From: Dehalococcoidia bacterium
GTDB lineage: Bacteria > Chloroflexota > Dehalococcoidia > Tepidiformales > Tepidiformaceae
Assembly (NCBI GenBank): GCA_031431695.1
Contig: JANPDX010000408.1
Span: forward strand, 1-43,071
Direction: 5' to 3'
Length of the DNA stretch: 43,071 nt
Part shown: positions 41,494 to 43,071 of the stretch, in pieces
Layout: the number at the start of each line of letters is the position of its first letter
Position numbering within the stretch: position 1 is the stretch's first letter
Program-made: the position numbers and the translations under genes
The notes under the pieces: model-generated
Told to the model about the DNA's origin: nothing
Databases searched by the model: none
What the model saw: the letters and a program-made list of their open reading frames with translations, nothing else

Positions 41494-42414
41494 ATGAGCC
41501 TCACCGACCCTTGGTTTCATGTAGGTGAGTTCGATGCTGCCGGTGCGGCCGCTGCTGCGCAGGCGGCGTCGCAGCCTCTTGATACGGATCTGACCGCGAT
41601 CGCGGCCCTGGTGTCGGCCGCGGACAAGATGCCGTATGCAACGGGGGCGGGAACGTGGTCGCTCGCTGATCTGTCGGCCTTCGTGCGCACGATCCTTGAC
41701 GACGCGAATGCGGCGGCTGTGCGCGCGACGATTGGCGCTGGCACAAGTTCGGTGACGCTGCCGATCGCGGAAAGCGATGTCACTGGACTCGTGACGGACC
41801 TCGGGAACAAGCAGCCGCTCGACGCCACGTTGACAGCCTTGGCCGCGCTGATCATCGCAGTCGATTCGCTCAGCATCGGGACCGGAGCCGACGCCTTCAC
41901 GCAGGTCACATTCGCAGCGAACACGTTTCCGGCGAAGTCCAGCGCGGGCGCGCTCGCTGCGAAGACGCTGACGGACTTCGCGCTCACGATCCTCGACGAT
42001 GCGAACGCGGCGGCGGTCAGGACCACCATAGGCGCAGGGACTTCCAGCGTCACGCTTCCGATTGCCGAGAGCGACGTAACGAACCTGACGACGGATCTCG
42101 CAGCGAAGGTCGTGGTGGGCGGGCAGATCGGCGGGACGGCTGCTTCCCCGACAGTTCTGGGGATTCGTGAAACGCTTGGGCCTACGCTGCTCACCTGCGG
42201 GACGATCACGGACGGGGAATTCCTGAAGCGGGTTGGCTTGACTCTGGTTAGCGCGACTCCCTCGGGTGCGGGCGACCTCGCGCTTTCCAAGCTCGCTCCC
42301 GCTGCAAACGTCACGATTACGGCGGGCTACTCGGCATACGTTTCGCCCTACTACGAGTTTGTCTCGGCAGTCACCACGGAAATCGGCGCAGGGTCCACAT
42401 TGGAGATCGGATAG
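41494..42414 (+). CDS. tail-fibre-like protein with two long internal repeats (306 aa)
   Basis: LD.DLTA.AAL ... ILDDANAAAVR.TIGAGTSSVTLPIAESDVT.L.TDL occurs twice. This motif style is common in phage fibre proteins. Confidence 0.6.
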   Translation: MSLTDPWFHVGEFDAAGAAAAAQAASQPLDTDLTAIAALVSAADKMPYATGAGTWSLADLSAFVRTILDDANAAAVRATIGAGTSSVTLPIAESDVTGLVTDLGNKQPLDATLTALAALIIAVDSLSIGTGADAFTQVTFAANTFPAKSSAGALAAKTLTDFALTILDDANAAAVRTTIGAGTSSVTLPIAESDVTNLTTDLAAKVVVGGQIGGTAASPTVLGIRETLGPTLLTCGTITDGEFLKRVGLTLVSATPSGAGDLALSKLAPAANVTITAGYSAYVSPYYEFVSAVTTEIGAGSTLEIG

Positions 42415-43071
42415 ATGAGCTACGACCTGATGACGAAAAGCGCAGCGCCCGCAACCCCTGCGGCGAACAAGGTTTCCCGGTACGTCGATACGGCGGATCG
42501 CAGGACAAAAACCATCGACGAGAACGGCGTGATCTCGCTTCTGAATAACGACGGGATGCACGACAGGAACATCCTGACAAACGGCGGCTTCATGGTTCAG
42601 CAGCGCGTGCTGGCGGCTTCGACGGCCATCGTGGGAATCTCGACTACGACGCGCGGAGGCGTCGTTGCCGATAGGTGGTCGGTAACTGCCTCGGTCGCTT
42701 CAAACCTTGCGTGGGCGCAGATCGACACGGCGGGCGCTCAGGACACCGGGCTTCAGTCGCGCTACTACGGTTCCATGATCGCGTCGGTCGCCGGGAAAAA
42801 GATGATGCTCTCTCAATGGGTCATCGGGTCGCACATGGCGCACCTGCGCGGGAAGAAGGTCCGCGTCTCGATCAAGCACAATCAGAAGGTCGGCACGGGG
42901 CAGACGTTCAAGCTCGGACTGCTTCAGTTGGCGGCGGCTGGAACCGTCGATGTTTCGCCCGCGTTCCTCACGGGCGCGTGGTCCACGGTGACGGGCACCG
43001 ATCCGGTCTGGGGCACGAACCTCGCCGCGATCACGCCGGACGCATCTCCCACGGGAGAGGGCGGCACGATT
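42415..43071 (+). CDS. putative tail fibre or structural protein, N-terminal 219 codons only (runs off the right edge)
   Basis: The ATG abuts the upstream TAG. Hand translated: MSYDLMTKSAAPATPAANKVSRYVDTADRRTKTIDENGVISLL..., open to the window end. Confidence 0.6.
   Translation, partial: MSYDLMTKSAAPATPAANKVSRYVDTADRRTKTIDENGVISLLNNDGMHDRNILTNGGFMVQQRVLAASTAIVGISTTTRGGVVADRWSVTASVASNLAWAQIDTAGAQDTGLQSRYYGSMIASVAGKKMMLSQWVIGSHMAHLRGKKVRVSIKHNQKVGTGQTFKLGLLQLAAAGTVDVSPAFLTGAWSTVTGTDPVWGTNLAAITPDASPTGEGGTI

Noticed and set aside
41560-42160. Diversity-generating retroelement (template/variable repeat pair) at the tail fibre
   Set aside because: Both repeat copies lie inside the same ORF, their differences are not confined to adenine positions, and no reverse transcriptase is present in the window.
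1-43071. Prophage boundaries, integrase, att sites, and a lysis cassette (holin, endolysin)
   Set aside because: No tyrosine or serine recombinase motifs, flanking direct repeats or recognisable lysin families were found. Both window edges cut through phage-like genes, so these may lie outside the window.

Overview
The window looks like most of a GC-rich, tailed dsDNA phage or prophage genome. No rRNA, tRNA, CRISPR array, integrase or attachment site is visible, and every call comes from hand translation and remembered motifs, with no database search. Two transcription arms diverge from a roughly 650-bp, lower-GC control region at 14.3-14.95 kb.

The leftward arm (14220 to 1, minus strand) has about 31 tightly packed genes, many joined by ATGA stop-start overlaps. 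Recognisable products:
- replication: DnaB helicase, a G39P-like helicase loader, SSB
- recombination: an Mgm101-family (mitochondrial-type Rad52-like) annealing protein and RusA
- others: a ParB-like nuclease-domain protein, a GP88-like Cys-cluster protein, RadC/JAB, a TARG1/DarG-like macrodomain, a SLOG/DUF2493-like protein and many small zinc-ribbon or Cys-rich ORFs

The rightward arm starts with a GroES-like gene, small ORFs and a second SSB-like OB-fold ORF, and this block ends at an intrinsic terminator near 18.5 kb. The morphogenesis module follows: putative portal, TerL, an inverted two-gene cassette with an HTH gene, an acidic scaffold-like protein, a putative major capsid protein, two tandem paralogs, several large charged virion or ejection-type proteins (one ending in a staphylococcal-nuclease domain), and repeat-bearing tail-fibre genes running off the right edge. 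There is no tape measure or sheath, which suggests podovirus-like morphology. No lysis cassette was recognised.

Most notable observations:
- the phage-borne Mgm101 homolog
- an open -1 frame joining the 1057-aa and 896-aa virion ORFs at a G6 run
- an SSB-like ORF with no stop codon for about 530 nt across two downstream genes
- the macrodomain, a possible anti-ADP-ribosylation function
- the inverted cassette inside the head module
- a G+T enrichment of the top strand at silent sites that ignores gene orientation
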